Source: Planctomycetota bacterium (GTDB taxonomy: Bacteria; Planctomycetota; UBA1135; UBA2386). Taken from it: 64,000 nucleotides of DNA. The position numbers and the translations under genes were made by a program. Shown here piece after piece: positions 18,291 through 28,596 of the stretch. The DNA lies in contig OZ245006.1 in assembly GCA_965223545.1 (NCBI GenBank), forward strand, positions 6,624,001 to 6,688,000. The letters are read 5' to 3'. Under the pieces are notes generated by a model. That model saw nothing but the letters and a program-made list of their open reading frames with translations. It ran no database searches and was not told the DNA's origin. The first letter of the stretch is position 1. Every line of letters begins with the position of its first letter.

Positions 18291-19388
18291 ATGAATCGGA
18301 CCAGAACCCATCTCTTTGCTTCCGTCGCCGCTCTCGCCGCCTCCCTGAGTGGGCAGACGACGACGACTTTGCCGGCCGCGATCACCTCTTATGGCGTGCC
18401 GTGTCCGGCGACGCTGAGCGCGACCGACGCGGTCGTCGGAGCCAAGCACAGACTCGACTTCAGCATCCGGAACGCGATCCCGGGGATGCCGGTGGCGCTC
18501 CTCATCGGCACGACACGAGTCGCGCTGTCCTTGCCGGGCGGCTGCCAGCTGCTGACGAGCCCGACGGCGCGGGTCGATCTGGTGGCGGACGGCGCCGGCG
18601 CTGCGGGGGTATCGCTCGGCTTGCCCGGGACTCTGATGGGGCGGTTCCTCGCCCAGGCGATTCCGTACGAGCCGCTGACCGGGATCATCCGCGCAAGCAA
18701 TGGCCTGGCGCTCGGGTTTCCGGGGCAGCTGCGCATCGATGGCGTGACGCCGCTCGATGGCAAGGAGGGCGACCTCATCACCATCCGCGGGTCGGGCTTC
18801 GACCCCAACCCCGCCAACAACTGCGTGTTCGTTGCCGATCAGGGGGCGATGGCAACGGTGGTGAGCGCGTCTCCGACCAAGCTGGTGGCGCGCGTCGGGT
18901 TGGTGGCGGCTACCCGTAGCGGCGATGTCGGCGTCATGGTCGGAACCGGCCGTGCGCTGTCGTCACAAAGGCTCACGTTTGCCGGGATCACGGCGACCAC
19001 GAGCGGCTGCATCTTCACGGGCACCGCTGCCGCCACCGCCGGTGTCCAGTTCAAGCTGGCTGCCAGCTTGCGCAACACTGTGGCGGCGCGCACGAGCACC
19101 GGGGGCGCCGCGGGCGTGGCCTTGCATCTGCCCATTCCAGTGCTGGGGGCGGCGAGTACGTTGCAGGTCGAGCCCTACACTCGGAACGTGCCGGGCCAAC
19201 ACTCGGATCTGGCGGGCACCACCGTCTTTCCCGCCGGCACCGACAGCGCTCGAGCGGCGCAGTGGCTGGTGGGTTACTACAACCGCTTCCTGCCGCAGCA
19301 CGCGGCCACGGCTGTCGGCAACGTCGTGACCCTGCGCTCGACCGGAGCGCCGCTCGCGGCAGCCGGTGGCGCGCTCCGCGCCCAATAG
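18291..19388 (+). CDS. Secreted protein with an IPT/TIG-like domain
   Basis: AGGAG RBS, signal peptide, IDGVTPLDGKEGDLITIRGSGFDPNPANNCV (IPT/TIG-like). Confidence 0.78.
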   Translation: MNRTRTHLFASVAALAASLSGQTTTTLPAAITSYGVPCPATLSATDAVVGAKHRLDFSIRNAIPGMPVALLIGTTRVALSLPGGCQLLTSPTARVDLVADGAGAAGVSLGLPGTLMGRFLAQAIPYEPLTGIIRASNGLALGFPGQLRIDGVTPLDGKEGDLITIRGSGFDPNPANNCVFVADQGAMATVVSASPTKLVARVGLVAATRSGDVGVMVGTGRALSSQRLTFAGITATTSGCIFTGTAAATAGVQFKLAASLRNTVAARTSTGGAAGVALHLPIPVLGAASTLQVEPYTRNVPGQHSDLAGTTVFPAGTDSARAAQWLVGYYNRFLPQHAATAVGNVVTLRSTGAPLAAAGGALRAQ

Positions 19389-19529
19389 GCCGCTGCGGAA
19401 CAGAGAGGCACCGCGGCCGGCATGTGCTCGATCGGTGCGAAATGTCCGGAACACGCAGCGGCGCTGACGAGTATTTGGCGCGCCGCGTTCCCCCCGCTGG
19501 CGCTCTCGTGCTTGGATAGCACTCGACCA

Positions 19530-20579
19530 ATGCCAGTGACTCCCGCTCTCGCGGCGCCGCGCGCCGCCGTTGTTCTGTTCCTCTCCGCCGCGCTGTCCGC
19601 CCAGGCACCGTGCCCCGATCCGACGACCGTCGACGACTTCGAGGGCGGGCTCAACCGCGCCGGCTGGAGCTTCGGCGTGACCGTGCCCGACCGCATCGAA
19701 GAAGTCGGCGGCAATCCCGGCGCCTGGCTGCGCAACTCCGGCATCGTCTCCTTTGCGCCGATCCTGACCAGCGACCCCAGTCGTCCGGGACCGTGGTCGG
19801 GCGATTTCCGCGCCAACGGCGTGCAGCGCATCGCGTTCGATGCCCGCACCGACGCCCGCGGCTTTGGCCAACCGCGCGGCTTCACCATGACTCTGCTGTT
19901 GCGCGACACCAAGGGGACGCCGGATGCGTCGGATGACGACTACGCGTATGCGGCCGCTGGCGAAGTGCCACAGATCGGTGCCGGGTGGCAGCGCTACGAC
20001 ATCGCCGTACCGAGCGATTCGACCGCGGCCGTGCCGCCCGGTTGGCAGGGTGGCTGGGCCGGCGGCCTGGGCTTCCGGCCCGGTGTCGACTGGAACGACC
20101 TGATCCGCAACGTGGACCGCGTCGAGATGTGGTGGATCGACCCGACGTTCTTCGCGATCATCACCAACTGGGACGTCGGCGTCGACAACATCACCTTCGA
20201 GCAGACCGGCGGGGCGCGCACGACCGTGCGCAACGGCAGCGGCGTCAACCCGCAGATCCTGACGGTGCGCACGCCGCCGTCGCTGGGTGGCCGCTGGACG
20301 CTGGACCTCGACTGCAGCGTGGCGGGCTCCGGCGTGGGTGTGCTGATGGGCTCCGGCCCGAGTGCGCCGCTGGCGACACCGTTCGGCGAGTTCCTCATCG
20401 ATCCGGTGGCCGCGGTGTTGCTCGACTCCGGCGGCACGGTGGCGGGATTGGTGCGGTTCCACGTCAGCGTGCCGGCGTTGCCGGCGCTCTGCGGCGCCCG
20501 CTTGTCGGTGCAGGCGGGGTGTGGCACAGCGACGACCGTGGTCTTGACCAACGCCATCGACGCGGTGGCCGGCAGCTGA
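19530..20579 (+). CDS. Secreted hypothetical protein (beta-sandwich-like N-terminus plus recurrent C-terminal domain)
   Basis: Signal peptide ALSAQ, Trp/Gly-rich core, C-terminal FLIDP...VPALPALCGARLSVQA...LTNAID. Confidence 0.75.
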   Translation: MPVTPALAAPRAAVVLFLSAALSAQAPCPDPTTVDDFEGGLNRAGWSFGVTVPDRIEEVGGNPGAWLRNSGIVSFAPILTSDPSRPGPWSGDFRANGVQRIAFDARTDARGFGQPRGFTMTLLLRDTKGTPDASDDDYAYAAAGEVPQIGAGWQRYDIAVPSDSTAAVPPGWQGGWAGGLGFRPGVDWNDLIRNVDRVEMWWIDPTFFAIITNWDVGVDNITFEQTGGARTTVRNGSGVNPQILTVRTPPSLGGRWTLDLDCSVAGSGVGVLMGSGPSAPLATPFGEFLIDPVAAVLLDSGGTVAGLVRFHVSVPALPALCGARLSVQAGCGTATTVVLTNAIDAVAGS

Positions 20580-20637
20580 CGCCGCCCGGCGTGTGCTTGC
20601 CCCGGCGGCAGTTCCGGCCCACACTCTGCCGCTGCCG

Positions 20638-21348
20638 ATGGCTGCCAAGCACTTTGCCGTTCTGCCGCGGACGATGGGTCGTTGCGGCTCGACGTGGCTC
20701 TGCGATCTGATCGACTCGCATCCCGCCGTCACCTGCCTCGGTGAGGTGTTCAACCCCGGCGAGGCCGCATACTACGGCGCGTTCGCCGATGCCGCCGGCC
20801 CACAGCGCGATGCCGCGGCGCTGTTCGCGGCGATCGAGGCGGCGCGGCCCGGCGCGGCCGCCTACGGCTTCAAGGCGTTCCGCGAGGACCTCGAGACCGA
20901 CGCGCTGCGGCGGATCCTGGCGCATCTGGACGCGGTGGTGTTCATCGAGCGCAAGAACCTCACCCGGGCACTGGTCTCCGAGTTGCACGCCCGCGCGACC
21001 AAGCGCTGGCACTTGCGCGCCGGCGCCGAGCTGCCCGAGGGCTTCTTCGAGCAGCGCATCGAGGTCGACGTCGAGCAGGCCCGCAACCGCCTGCGCAACG
21101 CCGTCGAGACCGGCAGGATCCTCGCCGAGATGGTGGACTCCGCCGGGGTCGCGGCCGTGCGCATCGAATACGAGCAGCTGGTCGCGGCGACCCAAGGCAC
21201 GATGGACGGCGTGTTCGGCGTGCTCGGCGTCGCGCCGCACGCGGTGACGTCGCGGTTTCGCAAGATGCACCAGGGCGTCGACTTCGTCGCCAACCTGGAT
21301 GCCGTCAACGCTGCTTTGGGCGACGAGTTTGGCCAGCTCGAACCCTGA
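20638..21348 (+). CDS. Sulfotransferase (Stf0-like)
   Basis: GRCGSTWLCDLIDSHP (PAPS-binding loop), GEVFNP, RKNLTRALVSE, IEYEQL. Confidence 0.82.
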   Translation: MAAKHFAVLPRTMGRCGSTWLCDLIDSHPAVTCLGEVFNPGEAAYYGAFADAAGPQRDAAALFAAIEAARPGAAAYGFKAFREDLETDALRRILAHLDAVVFIERKNLTRALVSELHARATKRWHLRAGAELPEGFFEQRIEVDVEQARNRLRNAVETGRILAEMVDSAGVAAVRIEYEQLVAATQGTMDGVFGVLGVAPHAVTSRFRKMHQGVDFVANLDAVNAALGDEFGQLEP

Positions 21349-21547
21349 GCCTCCGGCGCCTCGAATCTTCGAGCGGCGACAACATTTTCGAGGCAACGCC
21401 GCTGCCATGGCAAAGTCGCCGCCGCGCCGGAGGCTCGGAGAGACAGTGCCTCCTGGCTCAGCGCGGCTGCCGGCGACCGCGGGACCCGCGACCGACGCTC
21501 GGGTCGCGGAATGCTCCGTGTTTGGTTGCGGCCGTGGCCGCGCTGAG
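21346..21547 (+). repeat. TGAG-bounded two-hairpin repeat, copy 2 (A1+B2), 198-bp period
   Basis: TGAG at 21346 (its TGA is the sulfotransferase stop) and at 21544; stems GAGCCTCCGGCGC/GCGCCGGAGGCTC and GCTCAGCGCGGC/GCCGCGCTGAGC. Confidence 0.92.
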
Positions 21548-21558
21548 CGCCCCGCGGC

Positions 21559-23013
21559 TCAGGCGAGGATCGGCCGGATCAACGAGCCGTGGACGTCCGT
21601 GAGCCGGTAGTGCCGGCCCTGGTAGCGAAACGTCAGCCGCTCGTGGTCGATGCCGAGCAGGTGCAACACCGTGGCGTGCAGATCGTGCACGTGGACCGGG
21701 TCCTCGGCGACGTTGTAGCCCAGGGTGTCGGTCTTGCCGTAGGTGATGCCCGGCTGGATGCCGCCGCCTGCCATCCACATGGTGAAGCAGCGCGGGTGGT
21801 GGTCGCGGCCGTAGGAGCGGGGATCGTACTTGCCCTGGCAGTACGCGGTGCGGCCGAACTCACCACCCCAGATCACCAGGGTGTCGTCGAGCAAACCGCG
21901 CCGCTCGAGGTCGGCGATCAGCGCCGCCTGCGGCTGGTCGGTCATCCGGCACTGCTCGCGGATCTCGCGCGGCAGGTTGCCGTGCGCGTCCCAGCCGCGG
22001 TGGTAGAGCTGGATGAAGCGCACGTCGCGCTCGGCCAGGCGGCGCGCCAGCAGGCAATTGGCGGCGAAGCTGCCCGGCTTGTGGACATCGGGACCGTACA
22101 GCGCCAGCGTCTCGTCGCTCTCGTCGCGCAGGTCGGTCAGCTCGGGCACCGACATCTGCATGCGGAAGGCCATCTCCGCCTGGCTGATCCGCGCCAAGAC
22201 CTCGGTGTCGCCGGTGCGCTCGAAGGTGCGTTGGTCGAGCGTGGCGATGGCGTCGAGTAGGCGCCGGCGGTCCGCCCGTCGGACGCCTCTCGGGTTGTCG
22301 AGGAACAGCACCGCGTTGTCGCCCGAACGGAAGCGGACGCCTTGGTGCTCGCTCGGCAGAAAGCCGCTCCCCCAAAGGCGTGCCGACAGCGCCTGCATGT
22401 TGCCGAACCCCTGGCTGATGAGGACGACGAACGCGGGCAGGTCGCGGTTGGCGGCGCCGAGCCCGTAGCTGAGCCAGGCGCCCATCGACGGCCGTCCCGG
22501 GATCTGGCTGCCGGTCTGCATGAACGTCACGCCGGGCTCGTGGTTGATGGCCTCGGTGTGTACCGAGTGCAGAAAGCACAGCTTGTCGGCGATCCGGCCG
22601 GTGTAGGGGTAGAGCTCGCTGACCCAGGCGCCGTCTTGCTGGTTGGGGTGACGGGTGAACTCGAACATCGAGGGCACCAGCGGCAGGCTGTCTTGACCGC
22701 TGGTCATGCCGGTGATGCGCTGGTTGTTGTAGACCTCCGGCATCTTGCGCAGGTCTTCGCCGGCGCGGTCGCGCAGCGCGGGTTTGTAGTCGAACAAGTC
22801 GAGCTGGGAGGGGCCGCCCATCATGTGCAGATAGATGACCCGGCGCGCGCGGGGGGCGTGGTGGGGTGGCGCCTCAGTGCCGCGCGCATGCGCGGGGGCG
22901 CCGCCCAGCTGGGACAGCGCGCCGCAGCCCAGTGCGGTCGACAGGCTGCCGCCGGCGCGGCGGAAGAACTGGCGGCGGTTGAGATTGCTCAGGTAGCGTT
23001 CGAGGGGGTCCAT
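21559..23013 (-). CDS. DUF1501 domain protein (Tat signal)
   Basis: NRRQFF, VIYLHMMGGPSQLDLFDYKP, NCLLARRLAERDVRFIQLYHRGWD, WGGEFGRT, GRDHHP. Confidence 0.93.
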   Translation of the reverse strand: MDPLERYLSNLNRRQFFRRAGGSLSTALGCGALSQLGGAPAHARGTEAPPHHAPRARRVIYLHMMGGPSQLDLFDYKPALRDRAGEDLRKMPEVYNNQRITGMTSGQDSLPLVPSMFEFTRHPNQQDGAWVSELYPYTGRIADKLCFLHSVHTEAINHEPGVTFMQTGSQIPGRPSMGAWLSYGLGAANRDLPAFVVLISQGFGNMQALSARLWGSGFLPSEHQGVRFRSGDNAVLFLDNPRGVRRADRRRLLDAIATLDQRTFERTGDTEVLARISQAEMAFRMQMSVPELTDLRDESDETLALYGPDVHKPGSFAANCLLARRLAERDVRFIQLYHRGWDAHGNLPREIREQCRMTDQPQAALIADLERRGLLDDTLVIWGGEFGRTAYCQGKYDPRSYGRDHHPRCFTMWMAGGGIQPGITYGKTDTLGYNVAEDPVHVHDLHATVLHLLGIDHERLTFRYQGRHYRLTDVHGSLIRPILA

Positions 23014-23030
23014 GGGCGTCCGGTGTGCGG

Positions 23031-26000
23031 TCAGCTGCGCACGAGAGTGTCGTCGAGGCTGAGAATGGCGCTGGCGATCAGCATCCACGGCGCCAGCTCG
23101 GTGGCGGGAACAGCGTCGGTACGCGGTGCCTCGCCGGTGGCCAGCACCGCCTCCGCATCCTCGGGCGCCGCCGCGTAGCGCGTGCGCAGCGCGGCCAGCG
23201 CGCTGGTCAGCGCCTGCAGGTCGGCCACCGCCGGGGTTCGCCCCGTGCAGCGCCGGTACATCGCCCGAAGGCGGTCGCCGTCGCCGCGGTGCTCGGCCAG
23301 CGTGCGTTGTGCCAGCACGCGCGCCGCCTCGGTGAACTGCTCGTCGTTCCACAGCACGAGGGACTGCAGCGGCGTGTTCGTCGTCGCGCGCTGCACGACG
23401 CAGAACTCGCGCGTCGGCGCGTCGAAGATCGCCATCTGCGGGTTGGGCGAGGTCCGCTTCCAGAAGGTGTAGAGGCTGCGGCGGTGCAGGGCCGTGCCGT
23501 GGTCGCGCTCGAACACGCGGGTGTTCGAGCTGGCGCCGATCGACACCTCCTTCCACAGCCCCTCGGGCTGGTACGGCTTGACGCTGGGGCCGCCGATCAG
23601 AGGTTGCAGGAGACCTGCGGCAAACAGAGCCTGATCGCGGATCAGCTCGCCCGCGAGCCGCCGGCGCGGAAAGTAGGCCAGCCAGCGGTTGTCCGGGTCG
23701 ATGGCGCGCGCTTCGGTGCGCACGCGGGAGGACTGCTTGTAGGTCGCCGAGTTCACCATGCGCCGCAGCATCGCCTTTTGGTCCCAGCCGGATTCGACGA
23801 AGCGGTGCGCGAGCCAGTCGAGCAGGGCGAGATGGCTGGGCCAGTCGCTCTGCATGCCGAAGTTCTCGCTGGTCTTGACGATGCCCGTGCCGAACAGCAG
23901 CTGCCACAACCGGTTGACACGGACCCGGGCGGTGAGTGGGTGATCGGCGCGCGTCAGCCAACGGGCAAAGCCGAGGCGGTTCTTCGGTGCCGCCGCCGGC
24001 AGAGCGGCGCCCAGCACCGAGGGCGGCCGGCGCTCGACGGGGCGGTTCTCGTCGGCGAGGTCGTAGCGTCCGCGGGTCAGCACGTGCGCCGGTCGCGGCG
24101 TGTCGAGCTCGGCCATCACCAGCACCGGCACCGCCTCCGCCTCGATGGCGGCCAGCGCTTGCTCGGCCTCTCGGCGCCGATCGTCGAGGGCGGCGTAGGT
24201 CGGCGACCGGTGTCGCGCCCAGGCGCGCGCGCAGCGTTCGCCCAGCGCGGCGTCGCGCCGGTCCGGCGCCAGCAGGGTGGCCGGTGCCAGCGCCAGCGGC
24301 GCCGCATCGGCCTGCTCGATCCGGCTGGTGAAGCCGCCCGGTCCGCCGTTGTTGACCACCTTGCAGACCAGCGTGCTCTCGCCGGCCGGCAGCGCGAGCT
24401 CGACTCGATCTTGGTCCGGGGCCGCGCCGCGCATGACCTTGTTTTCGAAGACGCGCGCACCGTTGAGGTAGACCGCCACGGCGTCGTCACTGCCGAGCGA
24501 CAGGGTGACTGTCCGCGGCGTCGGCGCGCGCAGCGTGCGACCGATGTAGAACGCCGCCCGCTCGCCGCGGAGGCGGTGCACGGGACCGTCTTCGAAGTCG
24601 GGCTTGTGCGTCCAGCGGCGCTCGCCGAAGCGGGCCTCGCGGTCGATGTGCGTCACCTCTTGTGGACCGTGCTCGGTGCGCCACACGGTCTCGAAGTCCT
24701 CGCCGGAGAATGGACCGGCGAGCCACCAGTCACTGGCCACCAGGGGGAACTCCGCCGACGGGTCGCGCACGGCGCGGCCCAAGGTGACCCGCGGCCGCCC
24801 GATGATGTGCTGTCCGTACTGGCTGTGATAGACGAGCTCGACGATGACGCGCGTGCCCCCTTCGAAGCCGAACGGCGTGCGCGCGCGGAGGATGGCGGTG
24901 CGGGTCTCGATGTGCTCGTGGCCGGCCAGCGCCCAGCCGTGCGCGTCGGGATCGAGCGCATTGTGCACGTCGAAGTCACCGTTGGCCTGTTCGTGGTCGG
25001 CCCACGCCCAGGCGAACTCGATCTCCTGCCGGCGGTCGGGATCGTCGCGGCCCACCGCGGTGGCGCGGACGTGCGACAGCACGGCGTTGCCGTGGCTGGC
25101 GAGGCTGAGGCTGCCCTTGGGCAGGGCGGGGTCGGTCAGCGCTTCCAGGCACAGCAAGTCGAGGCCGACCGCGTCGGTGTCGAGCACCAACGTGTGGGTG
25201 TCCTTGGCCGGCGGATCGTCCGCCGCGGCGCGCACCGAGCCGTCGTCGAGCACCGTCATGCGGCGACCGGCCGCCGACTTGGCCTCGATCACCGGAGCGT
25301 GCACCCAGGAGACGCCGAGCCGCTCGCGCAGCGCGCGCCCGGCGGCGACGTGCTCGGCCTCGACGGTGGGCGCCGCGGCCGCCAGCTCCGCCAGCCGAGC
25401 CTCGAGTGCCTCGCTTGCCGCAGCTGCACGCTCCTCGAGCCCCGGCGGCCGGTAGTCGAGCCGGGCCGGGTAGGCACGGGCCTGCTCGAACTCGGCGGGG
25501 TAGACGCCGCGCTCATCCACCGAGTTGAAGAACGCGTACAGCGAGTAGTAGTCCTCTTGGCTGAACGGGTCGTACTTGTGGTCGTGGCAGCGCGCGCAGG
25601 CGACGGTCAACGCCATGAACACCGTGCTCACCGTTTCGATGCGATCGCACACCGCCTCGACGCGGTACTCGGCGTCGAGCGCGCCCCCCTCGTCGTTGAT
25701 GTTGTGCATCCGGCAAAAGCCCGACGCGATGCGCTGCGCGGTGGTCGCGTCCTCGAGTAGATCGCCGGCCAGCTGCTCGGTGGCGAACTGATCGAACGGC
25801 AGATTTTGGTTGAACGCGTCGATGACCCAATCGCGGTACGGCCAGGCGGTGCGCACGTTGTCGTGGTGGAAGCCGTTGGTGTCGGCGTAGCGCGCGCCGT
25901 CGAGCCACTCGTAGGCCATCCGCTCGCCGTAGTGCGGCGACGCCAACAGTCGCTCGACCAGCTGCTCGTAGGCGTCGGCCGCCGGGTCGTCGACGAAGGC

Positions 26001-26579
26001 CTCGATCTCCTCCGGCGTCGGTGGCAGGCCGGTCAGGTCGAGGCTGACGCGCCGGATCAGCGTCTCGCGGTCGGCCTGTGGCGACAGGCCGAGACCGCGG
26101 CGCTCGAGCGCGTCGAGCACGAACCGATCGAGCGCGCTCGGCGCGGCGTCGGGATCAGCGACGCGAGGGGGTGCCGTGTCCACCGGTGGGGTGAACGCCC
26201 AGTGCTCGGCGAACGGCGCACCCTCGTCGATCCAGCGGGCCAACAGGGCGCGCTCTTCGGCCGACAGCGACAGCCCCGAGCTCGGCGGCGGCATGCGCTG
26301 GCGAGGATCATCGCTGCGGATGCGCCGCACCAGCGCGGAGCGATGCGCGGCGCCCGGCACGACGGCGGCGCCACCTTCGCGGGCGGCGAGCATCCCCTCG
26401 CGGGTGTCCAGGCGGAGATCGGCTTTGCGCGCGCGCGCGTCGAAGCCGTGGCAGGTGAAGCAACGGTCGGCGAGCAGTGGCCGGATGTCGCGGTTGAAGT
26501 CGACCGGCGCTTGGGCGGCGGTGGGCGCGGCGGCGAGGCCGGCGGTGATGGCGGTGACGGCGAGGACGAGGCGGCGCAT
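23031..26579 (-). CDS. PSD1/planctomycete cytochrome c protein (PSCyt1 + DUF1549 + DUF1553)
   Basis: VDFNRDIRPLLADRCFTCHG, LIRRVSLDLTGLPPT, CARCHDHKYDP, HPLTARVRVNRLWQ, TNTPLQSL. Confidence 0.93.
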   Translation of the reverse strand: MRRLVLAVTAITAGLAAAPTAAQAPVDFNRDIRPLLADRCFTCHGFDARARKADLRLDTREGMLAAREGGAAVVPGAAHRSALVRRIRSDDPRQRMPPPSSGLSLSAEERALLARWIDEGAPFAEHWAFTPPVDTAPPRVADPDAAPSALDRFVLDALERRGLGLSPQADRETLIRRVSLDLTGLPPTPEEIEAFVDDPAADAYEQLVERLLASPHYGERMAYEWLDGARYADTNGFHHDNVRTAWPYRDWVIDAFNQNLPFDQFATEQLAGDLLEDATTAQRIASGFCRMHNINDEGGALDAEYRVEAVCDRIETVSTVFMALTVACARCHDHKYDPFSQEDYYSLYAFFNSVDERGVYPAEFEQARAYPARLDYRPPGLEERAAAASEALEARLAELAAAAPTVEAEHVAAGRALRERLGVSWVHAPVIEAKSAAGRRMTVLDDGSVRAAADDPPAKDTHTLVLDTDAVGLDLLCLEALTDPALPKGSLSLASHGNAVLSHVRATAVGRDDPDRRQEIEFAWAWADHEQANGDFDVHNALDPDAHGWALAGHEHIETRTAILRARTPFGFEGGTRVIVELVYHSQYGQHIIGRPRVTLGRAVRDPSAEFPLVASDWWLAGPFSGEDFETVWRTEHGPQEVTHIDREARFGERRWTHKPDFEDGPVHRLRGERAAFYIGRTLRAPTPRTVTLSLGSDDAVAVYLNGARVFENKVMRGAAPDQDRVELALPAGESTLVCKVVNNGGPGGFTSRIEQADAAPLALAPATLLAPDRRDAALGERCARAWARHRSPTYAALDDRRREAEQALAAIEAEAVPVLVMAELDTPRPAHVLTRGRYDLADENRPVERRPPSVLGAALPAAAPKNRLGFARWLTRADHPLTARVRVNRLWQLLFGTGIVKTSENFGMQSDWPSHLALLDWLAHRFVESGWDQKAMLRRMVNSATYKQSSRVRTEARAIDPDNRWLAYFPRRRLAGELIRDQALFAAGLLQPLIGGPSVKPYQPEGLWKEVSIGASSNTRVFERDHGTALHRRSLYTFWKRTSPNPQMAIFDAPTREFCVVQRATTNTPLQSLVLWNDEQFTEAARVLAQRTLAEHRGDGDRLRAMYRRCTGRTPAVADLQALTSALAALRTRYAAAPEDAEAVLATGEAPRTDAVPATELAPWMLIASAILSLDDTLVRS

Positions 26580-26630
26580 GGACGTCGCGCATCATAGCGG
26601 GTCGCCCCGCGCGCGCCGTGACCGGTTCGG

Positions 26631-28400
26631 TCAGCCGTGGGCCAGCATGCGCGCGTAGCACCCATCCGCCCGCGCCAGCTGCTCGTGCGTGCCGCGCTCG
26701 ACGATGCGGCCGTCCTGCATGACGAGAATGCGATCGGCGCGGCGCACCGTCGACAGGCGGTGGGCGACCACCAGCGCGGTGCGGTGCTGCAGGACGCGGC
26801 GCAGTCCTGATTGGATCGTGGCCTCGCTGTCGCTGTCGATGCTGGCGGTGGCCTCGTCGAGGATCAGCAGGTCGGGGTCGTGCACCAGCGCGCGGGCGAA
26901 CGACAGCAGCTGCCGCTGCCCGACGCTGAGAGTGGCGCCGCGCTCCTGCACCGGCGCTCGCAGGCCGCCGGGGATCGCCGCGACGATGTCGTCGGCGCCG
27001 ACCGCCGCCAGCGCCTGCCACGCGCGGTCTTCGTCGATGCTGTCGTCGAACAAGCGCAGATTGTCGAGGATCGTGCCGCTGAAGAGTACGACCTCCTGCG
27101 GCACTACGGCGACGCGCCGCCGCAGGCCGTTGAGATCGAGAGTCGGCAGCGGCGCTCCGTCGAGCAGGACGCGGCCGGCGGTGGGGTCGTCGAGCCGGGA
27201 GGCCAGCGCCAGCACGGTGCTCTTGCCCGCACCGGTCGGGCCGACCAGGGCGACGTTCTCGCCGGGGCGGACCTCGAACGAGACGTCGTGCAGGACGCGG
27301 CGGTCGCTGCCGTAGGCGAACGAGACCGCGTCGAACGTCAGGTGTGCGGCCGCGCGCGGCTGCGCCTTGGGCTCCGCCGGTGGCGCCGGGTGGCGGGGTT
27401 CGTCGAGGATCGCGAACAGGCGCTCGCAACTCGACATCGCGCTCTGCAGCACGTTGTACTTCTCGCCGAGCTCGCGGATCGGCTCGGTGAGCCGGTTGTA
27501 GTACAGCCAGAACTGGACGAATGCGCCGGTGCTGAGCGCGCCGTGCAGGATGTCGTGGGTGCCGATGGCGAGGATCGCCACCTGACCGAGGCGCAGGCTG
27601 CCGTCGACCAGCGCGACGAATAGGGCGAACTGCGCCACCGTGCGCAGCCACGCGTCGCGGGTGGTGTGGTTGTGGGCGGTATAGCGGTCGGCGACGCGCT
27701 GCTCCGCGGTAAACAGCTTGGCCACCCGCACGCCACCGATCGCCTCGGCGGCGTAGCCGTTCTGCGCGCCGAGTGCGTGCCGCACCGCGCGGTAGGTCAG
27801 CCGCACGCCAGCGCGGAAACGCAGGCTGATACCGATCAACAGCGGCGTCAGCAGGACGGTGACCAGCGCCAGCCAAGCGTCGATCCAGAACAGCACGGCG
27901 AGGGTGCCGAAGATCTTCAGCAGGTCGAACAGCGCCTGCAGGACGCCGGTCGAGATCAGCTCGTTGAGGTTCTCGACGTCGGCGGTGACGCGGGTCACCA
28001 GGCGGCCGGCGGCGTGCCGGTCGTGGAAGCGCGGGCTCACCGACAACAGGTGTTCGAACAGCGCGCAGCGCATATCGCGGATGACGCGTTGGCCGGCCTT
28101 GGCGGTGAGCATGGCGTAGCCGAAGCCGAGGGCGACTGCCGCGAGCGTGACGGCTGCGTAGGCCAGCGCCAGAGTGGTCAGGCCCTGCAGCGCGTCGGGC
28201 GCGCCGCCGACCGCGGCGGCGATGGGGCCGTCGATGGCGCGGCGCACCAGGTAGGGGCCGACGACCTCCAGGCCGAACGACACCAGCAGGATCAGCAGGC
28301 TGACGGCGAACGCGCGCCGGTAGGGGCGGACGAACGGCCACAACCGTCGCAGATGACGCAGCTCGAAGGTGCCCTCGTCACTGTCGGGCCGGGTGCTCAT
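26631..28400 (-). CDS. ABC exporter, fused TMD-NBD (heterodimer half 2)
   Basis: GPTGAGKS, LSVGQRQ, LLILDEATASID, VVAHRLST; start ATG 28400. Confidence 0.92.
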   Translation of the reverse strand: MSTRPDSDEGTFELRHLRRLWPFVRPYRRAFAVSLLILLVSFGLEVVGPYLVRRAIDGPIAAAVGGAPDALQGLTTLALAYAAVTLAAVALGFGYAMLTAKAGQRVIRDMRCALFEHLLSVSPRFHDRHAAGRLVTRVTADVENLNELISTGVLQALFDLLKIFGTLAVLFWIDAWLALVTVLLTPLLIGISLRFRAGVRLTYRAVRHALGAQNGYAAEAIGGVRVAKLFTAEQRVADRYTAHNHTTRDAWLRTVAQFALFVALVDGSLRLGQVAILAIGTHDILHGALSTGAFVQFWLYYNRLTEPIRELGEKYNVLQSAMSSCERLFAILDEPRHPAPPAEPKAQPRAAAHLTFDAVSFAYGSDRRVLHDVSFEVRPGENVALVGPTGAGKSTVLALASRLDDPTAGRVLLDGAPLPTLDLNGLRRRVAVVPQEVVLFSGTILDNLRLFDDSIDEDRAWQALAAVGADDIVAAIPGGLRAPVQERGATLSVGQRQLLSFARALVHDPDLLILDEATASIDSDSEATIQSGLRRVLQHRTALVVAHRLSTVRRADRILVMQDGRIVERGTHEQLARADGCYARMLAHG

Positions 28401-28596
28401 CGCGGCCACCGCCGCAAACACGGAGCGATCCGCGACTCGAGCGTTGGTCGCAGATCCCGCGGTCGCCGGCGGCCGCGCTGAGCGCAGACGCCAGTGTTGC
28501 TTTCGAGCCTCCGGGAGTTGCGTTGTCGAATTTCCAGCGGCATCGAGCCTTCGGAAAGGCTGTCGCCGCGCGAAGATCCTCGGCCCCGGATGCTCA
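28396..28596 (-). repeat. TGAG-bounded two-hairpin repeat, copy 3 (diverged A2+B2), 197-bp period, between the ABC genes
   Basis: CTCA at 28396 and 28593; aligns by eye to the reverse complement of 50541-50745 with a 4-nt deletion. Confidence 0.88.
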
